In this document: positions 1 to 12,244 of the stretch, in pieces
Numbering within the stretch: position 1 is the stretch's first letter
How the letters are laid out: every line of letters begins with the position of its first letter
Assembly: GCF_047663525.1 (NCBI RefSeq)
Contig: NC_092617.1
Span: 5,511,550-5,575,549, forward strand
Direction: 5' to 3'
From: Anas platyrhynchos
Taxonomy: Eukaryota
Length of the DNA: 64,000 nucleotides
Notes under the pieces: model-generated
What the model was told of the DNA's origin: nothing
Database searches by the model: none
The model's input: the letters and a program-made list of their open reading frames with translations, nothing else
Translations under genes and position numbers: made by a program

Positions 1-460
1 CAACTGGGAGATACTGGGAGGGGACTGGGAGGGGACTGGGGTATACTGGGATATACTGGGAGGGACTGGGAGGGGGTTATAGGGGTGCGTGGAGGGGTTT
101 TGGGGGGAATTTGGGGGGTTTTGGGGCACTGGGAGGGACTGGGAGGGGACTGGGGTGGACTGGGGTATACTGGGAGGGCACTGGGATAGACTGGGAGTGA
201 ACTGGGAGGGACTGGGATGGGGTTTGGGGGGGCTTTGCGGGGGGCTTTGGGGGACTGGGAGGGGACTGGGATGTACTGGGAGATACTGGGAGGGGACTGG
301 GGGGGCACTGGGGTATACTGGGAGGGCACTGGGAGGGGGTTTGGGGGACTGGGAGATACTGGGAGGGGACTGGGAGCGACTGGGATATACTGGGACGAGA
401 CTGGGATATACTGGGAGGGCACTGGGCCATACTGGGAGAGGGTTTGGGGGATACTGGGGA
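1..460. repeat. Satellite with an ~11-bp unit GGGACTGGGAG, G-rich on the + strand
   Basis: Direct tandem reiteration of ctgggaggggactgggag. Same family as 17611-18830. Confidence 0.9.
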
Positions 461-1975
461 TACTGGGAGGGCCTTTTTGGGTTACTGGTGCATACTGGTT
501 TGTACTGGGGCGGCGTTTTCCGGCATCGTTCCTTACTGGTATGTACTGGGAGGGCCTTTTTGTGTTACTGGGTTATACTGGGATGTACTGGGAGGGGGGT
601 TTGTGTTACTGGTTCATACTGGTTTGTACTGGGAGAGGGTCTGGGGGTTCCTGGGGATACTGGGAGAGCCTTTCTGGGTTACTGGTCCATACTGGGATGT
701 ACTGGGAGGGGGTTTGGGGACTCTGGTCCATACTGGGCTGAACTGGGAAAGGGTTTGGGGTTACTGGTTTGTACTGGTTTGTACTGGGAGAGGGTTTTTG
801 GGTTCCTGGGGATACTGGGAGGGCCTTTTTGGGTTACTGGTCCATACTGGGATGTACTGGGAGAGGGTCTGGGGACTCTGGGATGTACTGGGAGGGGGTT
901 TTGTGTTACTGGGCTTTACTGGGATGTACTGGGAGAGGGTTCCGGGGATCCTGGGATGTACTCGAAGGTGGTTTTGGGTTACTGGTGCATACTGGTTTGT
1001 ACTGGGACGACGTTTTCCGGCCTCGTTCCTTACTGGTATGTACTGGGAGGGCCTTTCTGGGTTACTGGGCCATACTGGTTTGTACTGGGAGAGGGTCTGG
1101 GGGTTCCTGGGGATACTGGGATGGCCTTTTGGGTTACTGGTGCATACTGGTTTGTACTGGAACGGCGTTTTCCGGCCTCGTTCCTTACTGGTATGTACTG
1201 GTCGACCCTTTTTGGGTTACTGGGCCCTACTGGGGCCTTACTGGTCCATACTGGGATGCACTGGGAAAGGGTTTCGGGGATCCTGGGGATACTGGGGTGT
1301 ACTGGGAGGGAGTTTTGGGTTACTGGTCTGTACTGGGATGTACTGGGAGAGGGTTTGGGGGTTCCTGGGGATACTGGAATGTAGTGGAAGGGGGTTTTGG
1401 GTTACTGGTTCATACTGGTTTGTACTGGGAGGGTGTTTTCTAGCCTTGTTCCTTACTGGGATGCACTGGGAGGGCCTTTTTTGGTTACTGGGCTATACTG
1501 GGATATACTGGGAGAGGGTTTGGGGACTCTGGGCCATACTGGGATGTACTGGGAGAGGGTTTGGGGGTTCTCGGGGATACTGGGATGTACTGGGAGGACC
1601 TTTTTGAGTTACTGGTCCATACTGGGATGTACTGGGAGAGGGTCTGGGGGTTCCTGGGGATACTGGGAGAGCCTTTTGGGTTACTGGTGCATACTGGTTT
1701 GTACTGGAACGGCGTTTTCCGGCCTCGTTCCTTACTGGTATGTACTGGGAGGGCCTTTTTGGGTTACTGGGATATACTGGGATATACTGGGAGAAGGTCT
1801 GGGGATCCTGGGATGTACTGGAAGGTGGTTTTGTGTTACTGGTGCGTACTGGTGCATACTGGTTTGTACTGGAACGGCGTTTTCCGGCCTCGTTCCTTAC
1901 TGGTATGTACTGGTGGGGCCTTTCTGGGTTACTGGGCCATACTGGGCCCTTACTGGTCCATACTGGTCCCCCCCC
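461..1975. repeat. Higher-order TACTGG-core satellite with ~10-bp subunits and ~150-540 bp super-units
   Basis: The block cggcgttttccggcctcgttccttactggtatgtactgg recurs at about 512, 1010, 1163, 1703 and 1873. It lies inside the last intron of PIP4P1. Confidence 0.85.
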
Positions 1976-1977
1976 AG

Positions 1978-2121
1978 GTGGGCACGTGGGCGGCCGCCCG
2001 GCGTTTCGGGGCCCTGCACGCGGCCTGGGCCCTACTGGTGGCCGGGGCGGGCGCCTGCCTCCTGCGGGCTGGTTACTGGGGCTGCCTGCGGGTCAGCCAC
2101 CCCCTGCCCCGCCACGCCTGA
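1978..2121 (+). CDS. PIP4P1: 3'-terminal coding exon of PIP4P1/TMEM55B (type I PtdIns-4,5-P2 4-phosphatase) with the C-terminal transmembrane segment
   Basis: Acceptor tcccccccccag|GTG. Encodes VGTWAAARRFGALHAAWALLVAGAGACLLRAGYWGCLRVSHPLPRHA*, which aligns to the human TMEM55B C-terminus [37 protein letters not shown]. TGA at 2119-2121. Orientation is tail-to-tail with APEX1, as in human. Confidence 0.7.
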   Translation: MGTWAAARRFGALHAAWALLVAGAGACLLRAGYWGCLRVSHPLPRHA

Positions 2122-2124
2122 ACA

Positions 2125-2250
2125 CGCCTGGAACACGCCTGGGACACGCCTCGGACACGCCTGGGACACGCCTCGGACACGGGACACGCGTGGCGGACGC
2201 GTGTGGGGCGTGGGACACGCGGTGGGTGGGGTGGGGGCACGTTAAGGACG
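2125..2250. repeat. Short array with a 9-bp unit GACACGCCT, probably in the PIP4P1 3'UTR
   Basis: acacgcctggaacacgcctgggacacgcctcggacacgcc reiterated. Confidence 0.7.
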
Positions 2251-3560
2251 TGTTTGGGGCATGGAACATGTTAAGGACATGGGAACATGTTAAGGACATG
2301 TGTAAGTCATGGGACATCCTCTGGACATGCTTGGGGCATGGGAACATGTTAAGGACATGGGATGTGCTTCGGACGTGCTTCGGTCGTGGGAACATGTGTC
2401 GGGCGTGGGAACATGTTAAGGACACGCTTGGGTCATGGAACATGTTAAGGACATGCTTAGGTCATGCGAGATCCATTGGACACGCTTCGGTCATGGGAAC
2501 ATTTTAAGGACATGCTTGAGTCATGCAACATCCATTGGACATGCTTCGGTCATGGGACGTGTTAAGGACACGCTTGAGTCATGGGACATGTTAAGGACAT
2601 GCTTAGGGCATGCAACATCCATTGGACATGTGTTGGGCATGGGAACATGCTTCGATCATGGGAACATGTTAAGGACATGCTTCAGTCATGGGACATCCAT
2701 TGGACACGCTTAAGTCATGGGACAGCCATCAGGCATGATTGCATCATGGAACATGTTAAGGACATGCTTAGGTCATGTGACATCCATTGGACACGCTTGA
2801 GTCATGGGACATGCTTCAAACATGCTTCAGTCATGGGATGTCCATGGGACACGCCTGCATCATGCGAGAGCCATCGGACATGCTTGGGTCATGGGACATG
2901 TTAAGGACATGCTTAGGTCATGCGAGATCCATTGGACACACTTCGATCATGGGAACATGTTAAGGACATGCTTAACTCATGGGACATCCATTGGACATGC
3001 TTCAGTCATGGGACACGTGTTGGACATGCTTAAGTCATGGAACATGCTTCAAACATGCTTCAGTCATGGGATGTCCATCGCACACGCCTGCATCATGCGA
3101 GAGCCATCGGACATGCTTGAGTCATGGGAACATGCTAAGGACACGCTTAGGTCATGGGTCATCCACTGGACATGTGTCGGTCATGGGAACATGTGTCGGT
3201 CATGGGAACATGTTAAGGACATGCTTAAGTCATGGAACATGTTAAGGACATGCTTAAATCATGGGATGCCCATTGGGCACGGCTGCATCATGGGGGAGCC
3301 ATCGGACACGCTTTGGTCATGGGAACATGCTAAGGACATGCTTAGGTCATGGCACAGCCATCAGACACCTTTGAGTCATGGAACATGTTAAGAACACGCT
3401 TACGTCATGGGACATCCATTGAACACGCTTCAGTCACGGGAACATGTTAAGAACACACTAAGGTCACGGGAACACCCTGCGGTCACGTGACACGCGTCGG
3501 GCACGGGAACACGCTAAGGACACGCTAAGGTCACGTGATCATGCTAAGGACACGCTAAGG
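2251..3560. repeat. Minisatellite with a ~24-30 bp unit CATGGGAACATGTTAAGGACATGCTTAGGT
   Basis: About 50 direct reiterations. ORF-track peptides of the MGHVKDMLRSC type are repeat translations. Confidence 0.9.
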
Positions 3561-3655
3561 TCACGTGGTCATATAACCGCCCCATAACCGCCCCGTAACC
3601 ACCCCGTAACCACCCCGTAAGGACCGACCGACCCCATATAGAAAAGAATGACGTC

Positions 3656-3661
3656 ATTTAT
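3656..3661 (-). terminator. APEX1: Candidate poly(A) signal for APEX1 (AATAAA on the minus strand)
   Basis: TTTATT on the + strand inside the unique island 3560-3760. No AATAAA or ATTAAA lies closer to the APEX1 stop at 4709. This implies a ~1 kb 3'UTR that contains satellite sequence. Confidence 0.3.
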
Positions 3662-3759
3662 TGCCATTTTGGGGGGGTTTTCAGACATTTTCGGGTCGGC
3701 GTTGAACCCAACTCAAGGCGCAAACCCAATGGAAGGACCTAACGGGGTCGTTATGGGGC

Positions 3760-4700
3760 GAGTTATGGGGGCGTTATGGGATGGCCTTATAGGGTCGTTT
3801 TGGGGTCGTTATAGGATGGTCTTATAGGGTCATAATGGGATGAACTTATGGGGTCGTTATAGGACAAACTTATAGGGTCGTTATAGGATGACCTTATAGG
3901 GTCATTAAGGGATGAACTTACAGGGTCATAATGGGATGAACTTATGGGGTCGTTATGGGATGACCTTATGGGGTCATTATGGGACGAATTTATGGGGTCG
4001 TTTTGGGGTCGTTATAGGATGGTCTTATAGGGTCATAATGGGGTGGTCTTATAGGGTCATAATGGGATGAACTTATGGGGTCGTTATGGGATGAACTTAT
4101 GGGGTCACTATAGGATGACCTTATAGGGTCTTTTGGGGTCGTTATAGGATGACCTTATAGGGTCATAATGGGACAAACTTATGGGGTCGTTATGGGATGA
4201 ACTTATAGGGTCAATATAGGTCCATCTTATAGGGTCATTATGGGACGAACTTATGGGGTCTTTTGGGGTCGTTATAGGATGACCTTATAGGGTCATAATG
4301 GGATGAACTTATGGGGTCATTATGGGATGATCTTCTGGGGTCGTTATAGGACAAACTTATAGGGTCGCTATAGGACAACCTTGTAGGGTCGTTTTGGGGT
4401 CGTTATAGGATGACGTTATAGGGTCATTATGGGATGAACTTATGGGGTCATTTTGGGGTCGTTATAGGATGACCTTATAGGGTCATAATGGGATGAAGTT
4501 ATGGGGTCGTTATAGGGTGACTTTATGGGGTCGTTATAGGACAACCTTATAGGGTCGCTATAGGGCAACTTATGGGGTCGCTATGGGACGAACTTACAGG
4601 GCCGTTATAGGACAATGTATGGGGTCGCTATAGGACGAGCTTACGGGACCGTTATAGGACAACCCTATAGGGCCATTTTGGGGCCATTTTAGGACCATTT
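3760..4700. repeat. Minisatellite with a ~21-22 bp unit GGGGTCGTTATAGGATGACCTTATA / GGGTCATAATGGGATGAACTTATG
   Basis: Direct tandem reiteration. Lies between the APEX1 stop and the PIP4P1 3' end. Confidence 0.9.
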
Positions 4701-4708
4701 TGGGGCCG

Positions 4709-5223
4709 TTATATGGCCAGGAACATCTCGACGGGGCAGTGGTCGCTCCCCATCACCTTATTGCGGATCTTACTATCGCACAGCGCCCCCTCCAGGCGTC
4801 GCGACAGGAGGCAATAATCCAACCTCCACCCCACGTTGCGCCCCCGCGCGCCCCCCAAATAGGTCCAAAAAGTGTAGGCGTGGGGCACGGCCGGGTAAAG
4901 GTGCCGAAAAGTATCCAAAAACCCCAACCCCAAAAGCTCCCCGAAACCTTCCCGTTCCTCGTCGGTGAAGCCGGGCGATTTTCGGTTGGCCCGCGGGTGC
5001 CGCAGGTCGATTTCGGCGTGGGCCACGTTGAGGTCGCCGCAGACGGCCACCGGTTTTCGGGCGTCCAAATTGGCCAAAAAGGAGCGGAAGGCGCGGTCCC
5101 AGCGTTGCCGGTAGGGCAAGCGCACCAAGCCCCGGCCCGAATTGGGGACGTAGGCGGCCACCACGTAGAGGGCCGGGAATTCGGCCGTCACCACCCGGCC
5201 TTCCGAGTCGTGCTCGGGGTCAC
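4709..5223 (-). CDS. APEX1: APEX1 last coding exon: the endonuclease/exonuclease/phosphatase fold from [16 protein letters not shown] through CPVEMFLAI*
   Basis: Minus-strand acceptor cccccag|GT at 5224-5226. Translation ...[53 protein letters not shown]...YTFWTY...[10 protein letters not shown]...[13 protein letters not shown] is collinear with human APEX1 residues ~145-318. The catalytic D210/N212/D283/D308/H309 equivalents are present. TAA at 4709-4711. Confidence 0.88.
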
Positions 5224-6660
5224 CTGGGGGGGAGAGAGTGGGGGGTGGCTACCGGGGGGCGACCGGTGGCTACCAAAGGGTTTGGGGTCAACTGGTAGAA
5301 ACTGGAAGGTTTTGGGGTCAACTGGTGGCTACCAAATGGTTTTGGGGTCAATGGTGGCCATTGGAAAGTCTTGGGGTCAATTGGGCAACCAAGGGTCTAC
5401 TGGTGGCTACCAAAGGGTTTTGGGGTAAATGGTGGCCATTGGAAGGTCTTGGGGTCAATAGTGGTGGTTTGGGGTCTACTGGTGGCTACCAAATGGTTTT
5501 GGGGTCAATGGGGCAACCAAGGGTCTACTGGTGGCCATTGAAGGGTTTTGGGGTCAACTGGTGGCTACCAAATGGTTTTGGGGTCAATAAAGGCTATTGA
5601 AGGGTTTTGGGGTCATCTGAAGGGTTTTGGGGTCAATAAAGGCTATTGAAGGGTTTTGGGGTCAACTGGTGGCCACCAAATGGTTTTAGGGTCAATGGGG
5701 CAACCAGGGGTCTACTGGTGGCTATCAAAGGGTTTTGGGGTCAATGGTGGCCATTGAAGGGTTTTAGGGTCAATGGGGCAACCAGGGCTCTACTGGTGGC
5801 TACCAAAAGTTTTTGGGGTCATCCGAAGGGTTTTAGGGTCAATGGTGGCCATCGAAGGGTTTTGGGGTCAATGGGGCAACCAAGGGTCTACTGGTGGCCA
5901 TTGAAGGGTTTTGGGGTCAACTGGTGGCTACCAAATGGTTTTGGGGTCAATAAAGGCTATTGAAGGGTTTTGGGGTCATCTGAAGGGTTTTGGGGTCAAT
6001 AAAGGCTATTGAAGGGTTTTGGGGTCAACTGGTGGCCACCAAATGGTTTTAGGGTCAATGGGGCAACCAGGGGTCTACTGGTGGCTATCAAAGGGTTTTG
6101 GGGTCAATGGTGGCCATTGAAGGGTTTTAGGGTCAATGGGGCAACCAGGGCTCTACTGGTGGCTACCAAAAGTTTTTGGGGTCATCCGAAGGGTTTTAGG
6201 GTCAATGGTGGCCATCGAAGGGTTTTGGGGTCAACTGGTGGCTACCAAAGGGTTTTGGGGTCAATGGTGGCCATTGAAAGGTTTTGGGGTCAATGGGGCA
6301 ACCAAGGGTCTACTGGTGGCTACCAAAGGGTTTTGGGGTCAATAAAGGCTATTGAAGGGTTTTGGGGTCAATGGGGCAACCAAGGGTCTACTGGTGGCTA
6401 CCAAAGGGTTTGGGGTCAATGGTGGCCATTGAAAGGTTTTGGGGTCAATGGGGCAACCAGGGGTCTACTGGTGGCCATCAAAGGGTTTTGGGGTCATCTG
6501 AAGGGTTTTGGGGTCAATAAAGGCTATTGAAGGGTTTTGGGGTCAACTGGTGGCCACCAAAGGGTTTTGGGGTCAATGGTGGCCATTGAAGGGTTTTGGG
6601 GTCAATGGGGCAACCAGGGCTCTACTGGTGGCCACCAAAGGGTCTTGGGGGCAACTGGTG

Positions 6661-6835
6661 GCCAGGAAGGAGCGGAAGGCGCGGTCCCAGCGTTGCCGGT
6701 AGGGCAAGCGCACCAAGCCCCGGCCCGAATTGGGGACGTAGGCGGCCACCACGTAGAGGGCCGGGAATTCGGCCGTCACCACCCGGCCTTCCGAGTCGTG
6801 CTCGGGGTCACCTGGGGGGGAGAGAGTGGGTGGTG
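6661..6835 (-). pseudogene. Duplicated fragment of the APEX1 last exon (acceptor plus first ~135 nt), copy 1 inside the satellite array
   Basis: Near-identical to 5086-5240, including cacctggggggg (the rc of the acceptor cccccaggtg). The ORF track gives [41 protein letters not shown] and then diverges. Confidence 0.85.
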
Positions 6836-7464
6836 GCTAGTGGGGGGCGACCGGTGGCTACCAAAAGGTTTGGGGTCAATTGGTAGCAACTGGAAGGTTT
6901 TAGGGTCTACTGGTGGCTACCAAATGGTTTTGGGGTCAATGGTGGCCATTGGAAGGTCTTGGGGTCAATGGGGCAACCAGGGGTCTACTGGTGGCTACCA
7001 AAAGGTTTTGGGGTCAACCGAAGTGTTTTAGGGTCAATGGTGGCCATCGAAGGGTTTTGGGGTCAACTGGTGGCCACCAAATGGTTTTAGGGTCAATGGG
7101 GCAACCAGGGGTCTACTGGTGGCTATCAAAGGGTTTTGGGGTCAATGGTGGCCATTGAAGGGTTTTGGGGTCAATGGGGCAACCAAGAGTCTACTGGTGG
7201 CCATCGAAGGGTTTTGGGGTCAACTGGTGGGTACCAAAGGGTTTTGGGGTCAATAAAGGCTATTGAAGGGTTTTGGGGGCAATGGGGCAACCAAGGGTCT
7301 ACTGGTGGCTACCAAAGGGTTTTGGGGTCATCGGAAGGGTTTTGGGGTCAATAAAGGCTATTGAAGGGTTTTGGGGTCAATGGTGGCCACCAAAGGGTTT
7401 TGGGGTCAATGGGGCAACCAAGGGTCTACTGGTGGCTACCAAAGGGTTCTGGGGGCAACTGGTG

Positions 7465-7625
7465 GCCAGGAAGGAGCGGAAGGCGCGGTCCCAGCGTTGC
7501 CGGTAGGGCAAGCGCACCAAGCCCCGGCCCGAATTGGGGACGTAGGCGGCCACCACGTAGAGGGCCGGGAATTCGGCCGTCACCACCCGGCCTTCCGAGT
7601 CGTGCTCGGGGTCACCTGGGGGGAA
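7465..7625 (-). pseudogene. Duplicated APEX1 last-exon fragment, copy 2
   Basis: Same ~170-bp segment as copy 1, ORF 7377..7586 (-). Confidence 0.85.
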
Positions 7626-8344
7626 AAGGGGTCAGAGGTGGCTACCAGGGGTTGATGGGTGGCTACCAGAGGGTTTGGGGTCAATGGTGGCCATTGAAGG
7701 GTTTTGGGGTCTACTGGTGGCTACCAAAGGGTTTTGGGGTCAATGGTGGCCATTGAAGGGTTTTGGGGTCATCTGAAGGGTTTTGGGGTCAATGGTGGCT
7801 ACCAAAGGGTTTTGGGGTCATCCAAAGCGTTTTGGGGTCAATAAAGGCTATTGAAGGGTTTTGGGATCAATGGGGCAACCAAGGGTCTACTGGTGGCCAC
7901 CAAAGGGTTTTGGGGTCAATGGTGGCCATTGAAGGGTTTTGGGGTCAATAGTGGTGGTTTGGGGTCTACTGGTGGCTACCAAATAGTTTCGGGGTCAATG
8001 GGGCAACCAAGGGTCTACTGGTGGCCATCGAAGGGTTTTGGGGTCAACTGGTGGCTACCAAAGGGTTTTGGGGTCAATGGTGGTGGTTTGGGGTCAATAA
8101 AGGCTATTGAAGGGTTTTGGGGTCAATGGTGGCTACCAAAGGGTTTTGGGGTCAATGGGGCAACCAAGAGTCTACTGGTGGCTACCAAAGGGTTTTGGGG
8201 TCAATGGTAGCCATCGAAGGGTTTTGGGGTCAACTGGTGGCTACCAAAGTGTTTTGGGGTCAATGGTGGCCATTGAAGGGTTTTGGGGTCAATGGGGCAA
8301 CCAGGGGTCTACTGGTGGCCACCAAAGGGTTCTGGGGGCAACTG

Positions 8345-8515
8345 GTGGCCAGGAAGGAGCGGAAGGCGCGGTCCCAGCGTTGCCGGTAGGGCAAGCGCAC
8401 CAAGCCCCGGCCCGAATTGGGGACGTAGGCGGCCACCACGTAGAGGGCCGGGAATTCGGCCGTCACCACCCGGCCTTCCGAGTCGTGCTCGGGGTCACCT
8501 GGGGGGGAGAGTGGG
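8345..8515 (-). pseudogene. Duplicated APEX1 last-exon fragment, copy 3
   Basis: Same ~170-bp segment as copy 1, ORF 8260..8469 (-). Confidence 0.85.
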
Positions 8516-9959
8516 GGTGGCTACTAGGGGGCGACCGGTGGCTACCAAAAGGTTTGGGGTCAATTGGTAGCAACTGGAAGGTTTTAGGGTCTACTGGTGG
8601 CTACCAAATGGTTTTGGGGTCAATGGTGGCCATTGGAAGGTCTTGGGGTCAATGGGGCAACCAAGAGTCTACTGGTGGCTACCAAAAGGTTTTGGGGTCA
8701 ACCGAAGGGTTTTAGGGTCAATGGTGGCCATTGAAGGGTTTTGGGGTCAACTGGTGGCTACCAAAGGGTTTTGGGGTCAATGGTGGTGGTTTGGGGTCAA
8801 TAAAGGCTATTGAAGGGTTTTGGGGTCAATGGTGGCTACCAAATAGTTTCGGGGTCATTGGGGCAACCAAGGGTCTACTGGTGGCTACCAAAGGGTTTTG
8901 GGGTCAATGGTGGCCATTGAAGGGTTTTGGGGTCAATAGTGGTGGTTTGGGGTCTACTGGTGGCTACCAAATAGTTTCGGGGTCAATGGGGCAACCAAGG
9001 GTCTACTGGTGGCTACCAAAGGGTTTTGGGGTCAATGGTGGCTACCAAATGGTTTTGGGGTCATCTGAAGGGTTTTGGGGTCAATAAAGGCTATTGAAGG
9101 GTTTTGGGGTCAATGGTGGCCACCAAAGAGTTTTGGGGTCAATGGGGCAACCAAGGGTCTACTGGTGGCCATTGAAGGGTTTTGGGGTCAAGTGGTGGCT
9201 ACCAAAGGGTTTTGGGGTCAATGGTGGTGGTTTGGGGTCAATAAAGGCTATTGAAGGGTTTTGGGGTCAATGGGGCAACCAGGGATCTAATGGTGGCTAC
9301 CAAAGGGTTTTGGGGTCATCGGAAGGGTTTTGGGGTCAATGGTGGCCATTGAAGGGTTTTGGGGTCAACTGGTGGCCACCAAAGGGTTTTGGGGTCAATG
9401 GGGCAACCAAGGGTCTACTGGTGGCTACCAAAGGGTTTTGGGGTCAAGGGTGGCTACCAAATGGTTTTGGGGTCATCGGAAGGGTTTTGGGGTCAATGGT
9501 GGCAATTGAAGGGTTTTGAGGTCTACTGGTGGCTACCAAAGGGTTTTGGGGTCATCGGAAGGGTTTTGGGGTCAATGGTGGCAATTGAAGGGTTTTGAGG
9601 TCTACTGGTGGCTACCAAATGGTTTTGGGGTCATCGGAAGGGTTTTGGGGTCAATGGTGGCAATTGAAGGGTTTTGAGGTCTACTGGTGGCTACCAAAGG
9701 GTTTTGGGGTCAATAAAGGCTATTGAAGGGTTTTGGAGTCAATGGGGCAACCAAGAGTCTACTGGTGGCTACCAAAGGGTTTTGGGGTCAATTGGTGGCT
9801 ACCAAAGGGTTTTGGGGTCAATAAAGGCTATTGAAGGGTTTTGGGGGCAATGGGGCAACCAGGGGTCTACTGGTGGCTACCAAAGGGTTTTGGGGTCATC
9901 CGAAGGGTTTTGGGGTCAATGATGGTAGTTTGGGGTCAACAGGTGGCCACTGAAGGGTT

Positions 9960-11260
9960 TTGGGGTCCCCTACAAGATATTTATGGGGTCGGGGGGTCAC
10001 CTGGTGATTTTGGGGTAGATTTTGGGTCAATTTAGCTCCAATTATGAAGGTTCTAGGTCCACCAACGTACATTTTGAACCCCGGGGAGATCTTTGGGATT
10101 TTGGGGCCGTTTTTTGGGATTTTGGGGTGGGTTTTGGGATCCCCTACTAGATATTTATGGGGTTTTGGGGTCACCTGGTGGTTTTGGGGTAGATTTTGGG
10201 TCAATTTAGCTCCAATTATGAAGGTTCTAGGTCCACCAATGTACATTTTGAACCCCTGGGAGACTTTGGGATTTTGGGGTCGTTTTTTGGGGTTATGGGG
10301 TCATTTTTGGGGTCCCCTACAAGATATTTATGGGGTCGAGGGGTCACCTGGTGATTTTGGGGTGCATTTTGGGTCAATTTAGCTCCAATTATGAAGGTTC
10401 TAGGTCCACCAACGTACGTTTTGAACCCCTGGGAGACTTTGGGATTTTGGGGCCTTTTTTTGGGATTTTGGGGTGGGCTTTTCGGGTTATGGGGTCGGCT
10501 TTTGGGGTCCCCTACAAGATATTTATGGGGTCGAGATGTCCCCTGGTGGTTTGGGGTAGATTTTGGGTCAATTTAGCTCCAATTGTGAAGGTTCTAGGTC
10601 CACCAACGTCTGTTTTGAACCCCAGGGAGTTACGGGGTCGTTTTTTGGGATTTTGGGGTCATTTTTGGGGGTTATGGGGTCATTTTTGGGGTCTCCTACA
10701 AGATATTTATGGGGTTTTGGGGTCACCTGGTGATTTTGGGGTAGATTTTGGGTCAATTTAGCTCCAATTATGAAGGTTCTAGGTCCACCAACGTATGTTT
10801 TGAACCCCTGGGAGACTTTGGGATTTTGGGGCCGTTTTTTGGGATTTTGGGGTCGTTTTTTGGGATTATGGGGTCGGCTTTTGGCATCCCCTACAAGATA
10901 TTTATGGGGTCGGGGGGGTCTGCTTGTAGTTTTGGGTCCATTTTGGGTCAATTTAGCTCCAATTATAAAGGTTCTAGGTCCACCAATGTACGTTTTGAAC
11001 CCCGGGGAATTTTGGGGCCGTTTTTTGGGATTTTGGGGTGGGGTTTTGGGGTTATGGGGTCGGTTTTTGGGATCCCCTACAAGATACTTATGGGGTCGAG
11101 GTGTCCCCTGGTGGTTTCGGGGTAGATTTTGGGTCAATTTAGCTCCAATTATGAAGGTTCTAGGTCCACCAACGTACGTTTTGAACCCCTGGGAGACTTT
11201 GGGATTTTGGGGCCGTTTTTGGGGATTTTGGGGTCGTTTTGGGGGATTTTGGGGTCATTT
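9960..11260. repeat. Tandem repeat with a ~178-bp unit, 7 copies (…TTTGGGTCAATTTAGCTCCAATTATGAAGGTTCTAGGTCCACCAACGTACATTTTGAACCCC…)
   Basis: Units start near 10020, 10200, 10380, 10560, 10740, 10960 and 11130. The unit is longer and more complex than its neighbours. It could derive from an unrecognised interspersed element. Confidence 0.8.
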
Positions 11261-11272
11261 TTGGGGTCTCAC

Positions 11273-11465
11273 CGATGCCGTAGGTGACGCTGAGGGGCTC
11301 TTGGCGGGCCAGCAGCCCCACCCCGCTGTAGCCCGGGCGCCCCTCGGGGCTGGCCCAAAATTGGTGGGGGAGCCCCGAAAGCGCCCGAATTTCGGGGGGC
11401 ACCGCGGGGGCCGCGCATTTGGTCTCCTGCAGGCACAGCACGTCCGGGGCCTCCTCCTGCACCCA
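11273..11465 (-). CDS. APEX1: APEX1 middle coding exon ([17 protein letters not shown]…SVTYGIG)
   Basis: Minus-strand acceptor ggggccag|TGG and donor ATCG|GTGAGA. The 193 nt enter in phase 0 and leave in phase 1, which matches the next exon. Aligns with human [65 protein letters not shown]. The catalytic E96 equivalent (LQETK) is present. Confidence 0.88.
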
Positions 11466-12244
11466 CTGGCCCCAAAAAAGCCCGAATTTAACCCAAAATG
11501 GTCCGGGGGGGGAACCCAAAAGAAGACAGGCAGAGACAGTCCAGACCCAACCCCAAAAATTGCCCCAAAATGTCCCAAATCCTAGAAATAACCCAAATCC
11601 TATAAAAACCCCAAATCCTGTAAATATCCCAAATCCCATAAATCCCCCAAAATCCCATAAATAAATCCCAAATCCCCCCAAATCCCATAAATCGTCCCAA
11701 ATCCCATAAATCCCAATCCCATAAACCACCCAAAACCCTATAAATCACCCCAAATCCCATAAATCGCCCCAAATCCCATAAATTGCCCCAAATCCCATAA
11801 ATTCCAACCCCATAAACCCCCCAAAACCCTATAAATAACCCCCAATTTCCCCAAATCCCATAAATTGCCCCAAATCCCCCAAATTCCAATCCCATAAATC
11901 CCCCAAAACCCTAAAAATCCCCCCCAATTTCCCCAAATCCCATAAATCGCCCCAAATCCCATAAATCACCCCAAATCCCATAAATTCCAATCCCATAAAT
12001 CCCCCAAATCCCATAAATCACCCCCAATTCCCCAAATCCCATAAATTGCCCCAAATCCCCCAAATTCCAATCCCATAAATCCCCCAAAACCCTAAAAATC
12101 ACCCCCAAGTTCCCCCAAATCCCATAAATCCCCCAAATCCCATAAATTCCAATCCCATAAATCCCCTAAAACCCCATAAATCGCCCCAAATCCCCAAAAT
12201 CCCAATCCCCTAAATCCCCCAAAACCCTACAAATCCCCCCCAAA

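Larger units (their letters stand above)
5230..9960. repeat. Satellite with a ~31-32 bp unit GGGGTCAATGGTGGCCATTGAAGGGTTTTGG, ~4.7 kb, in the APEX1 last intron
   Basis: Each unit holds a near-palindrome CAATGG-TGG-CCATTG. The array is interrupted by three copies of an APEX1 exon fragment. Confidence 0.9.

Noticed and set aside
5230-9960. Regularly spaced direct repeats that superficially resemble CRISPR arrays.
   Set aside because: The units abut without unique spacers, the sequence is eukaryotic (spliced OSGEP, APEX1 and TEP1), and no cas genes are present. These are satellites.
9960-11260. Possible transposable-element origin of the complex 178-bp repeat unit. Also tRNA, rRNA or snoRNA genes anywhere in the window.
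   Set aside because: No recognisable LTR, TIR, poly(A) tail, target-site duplication, or tRNA cloverleaf or A/B-box pattern could be established by eye. Left as an uncharacterised tandem repeat.
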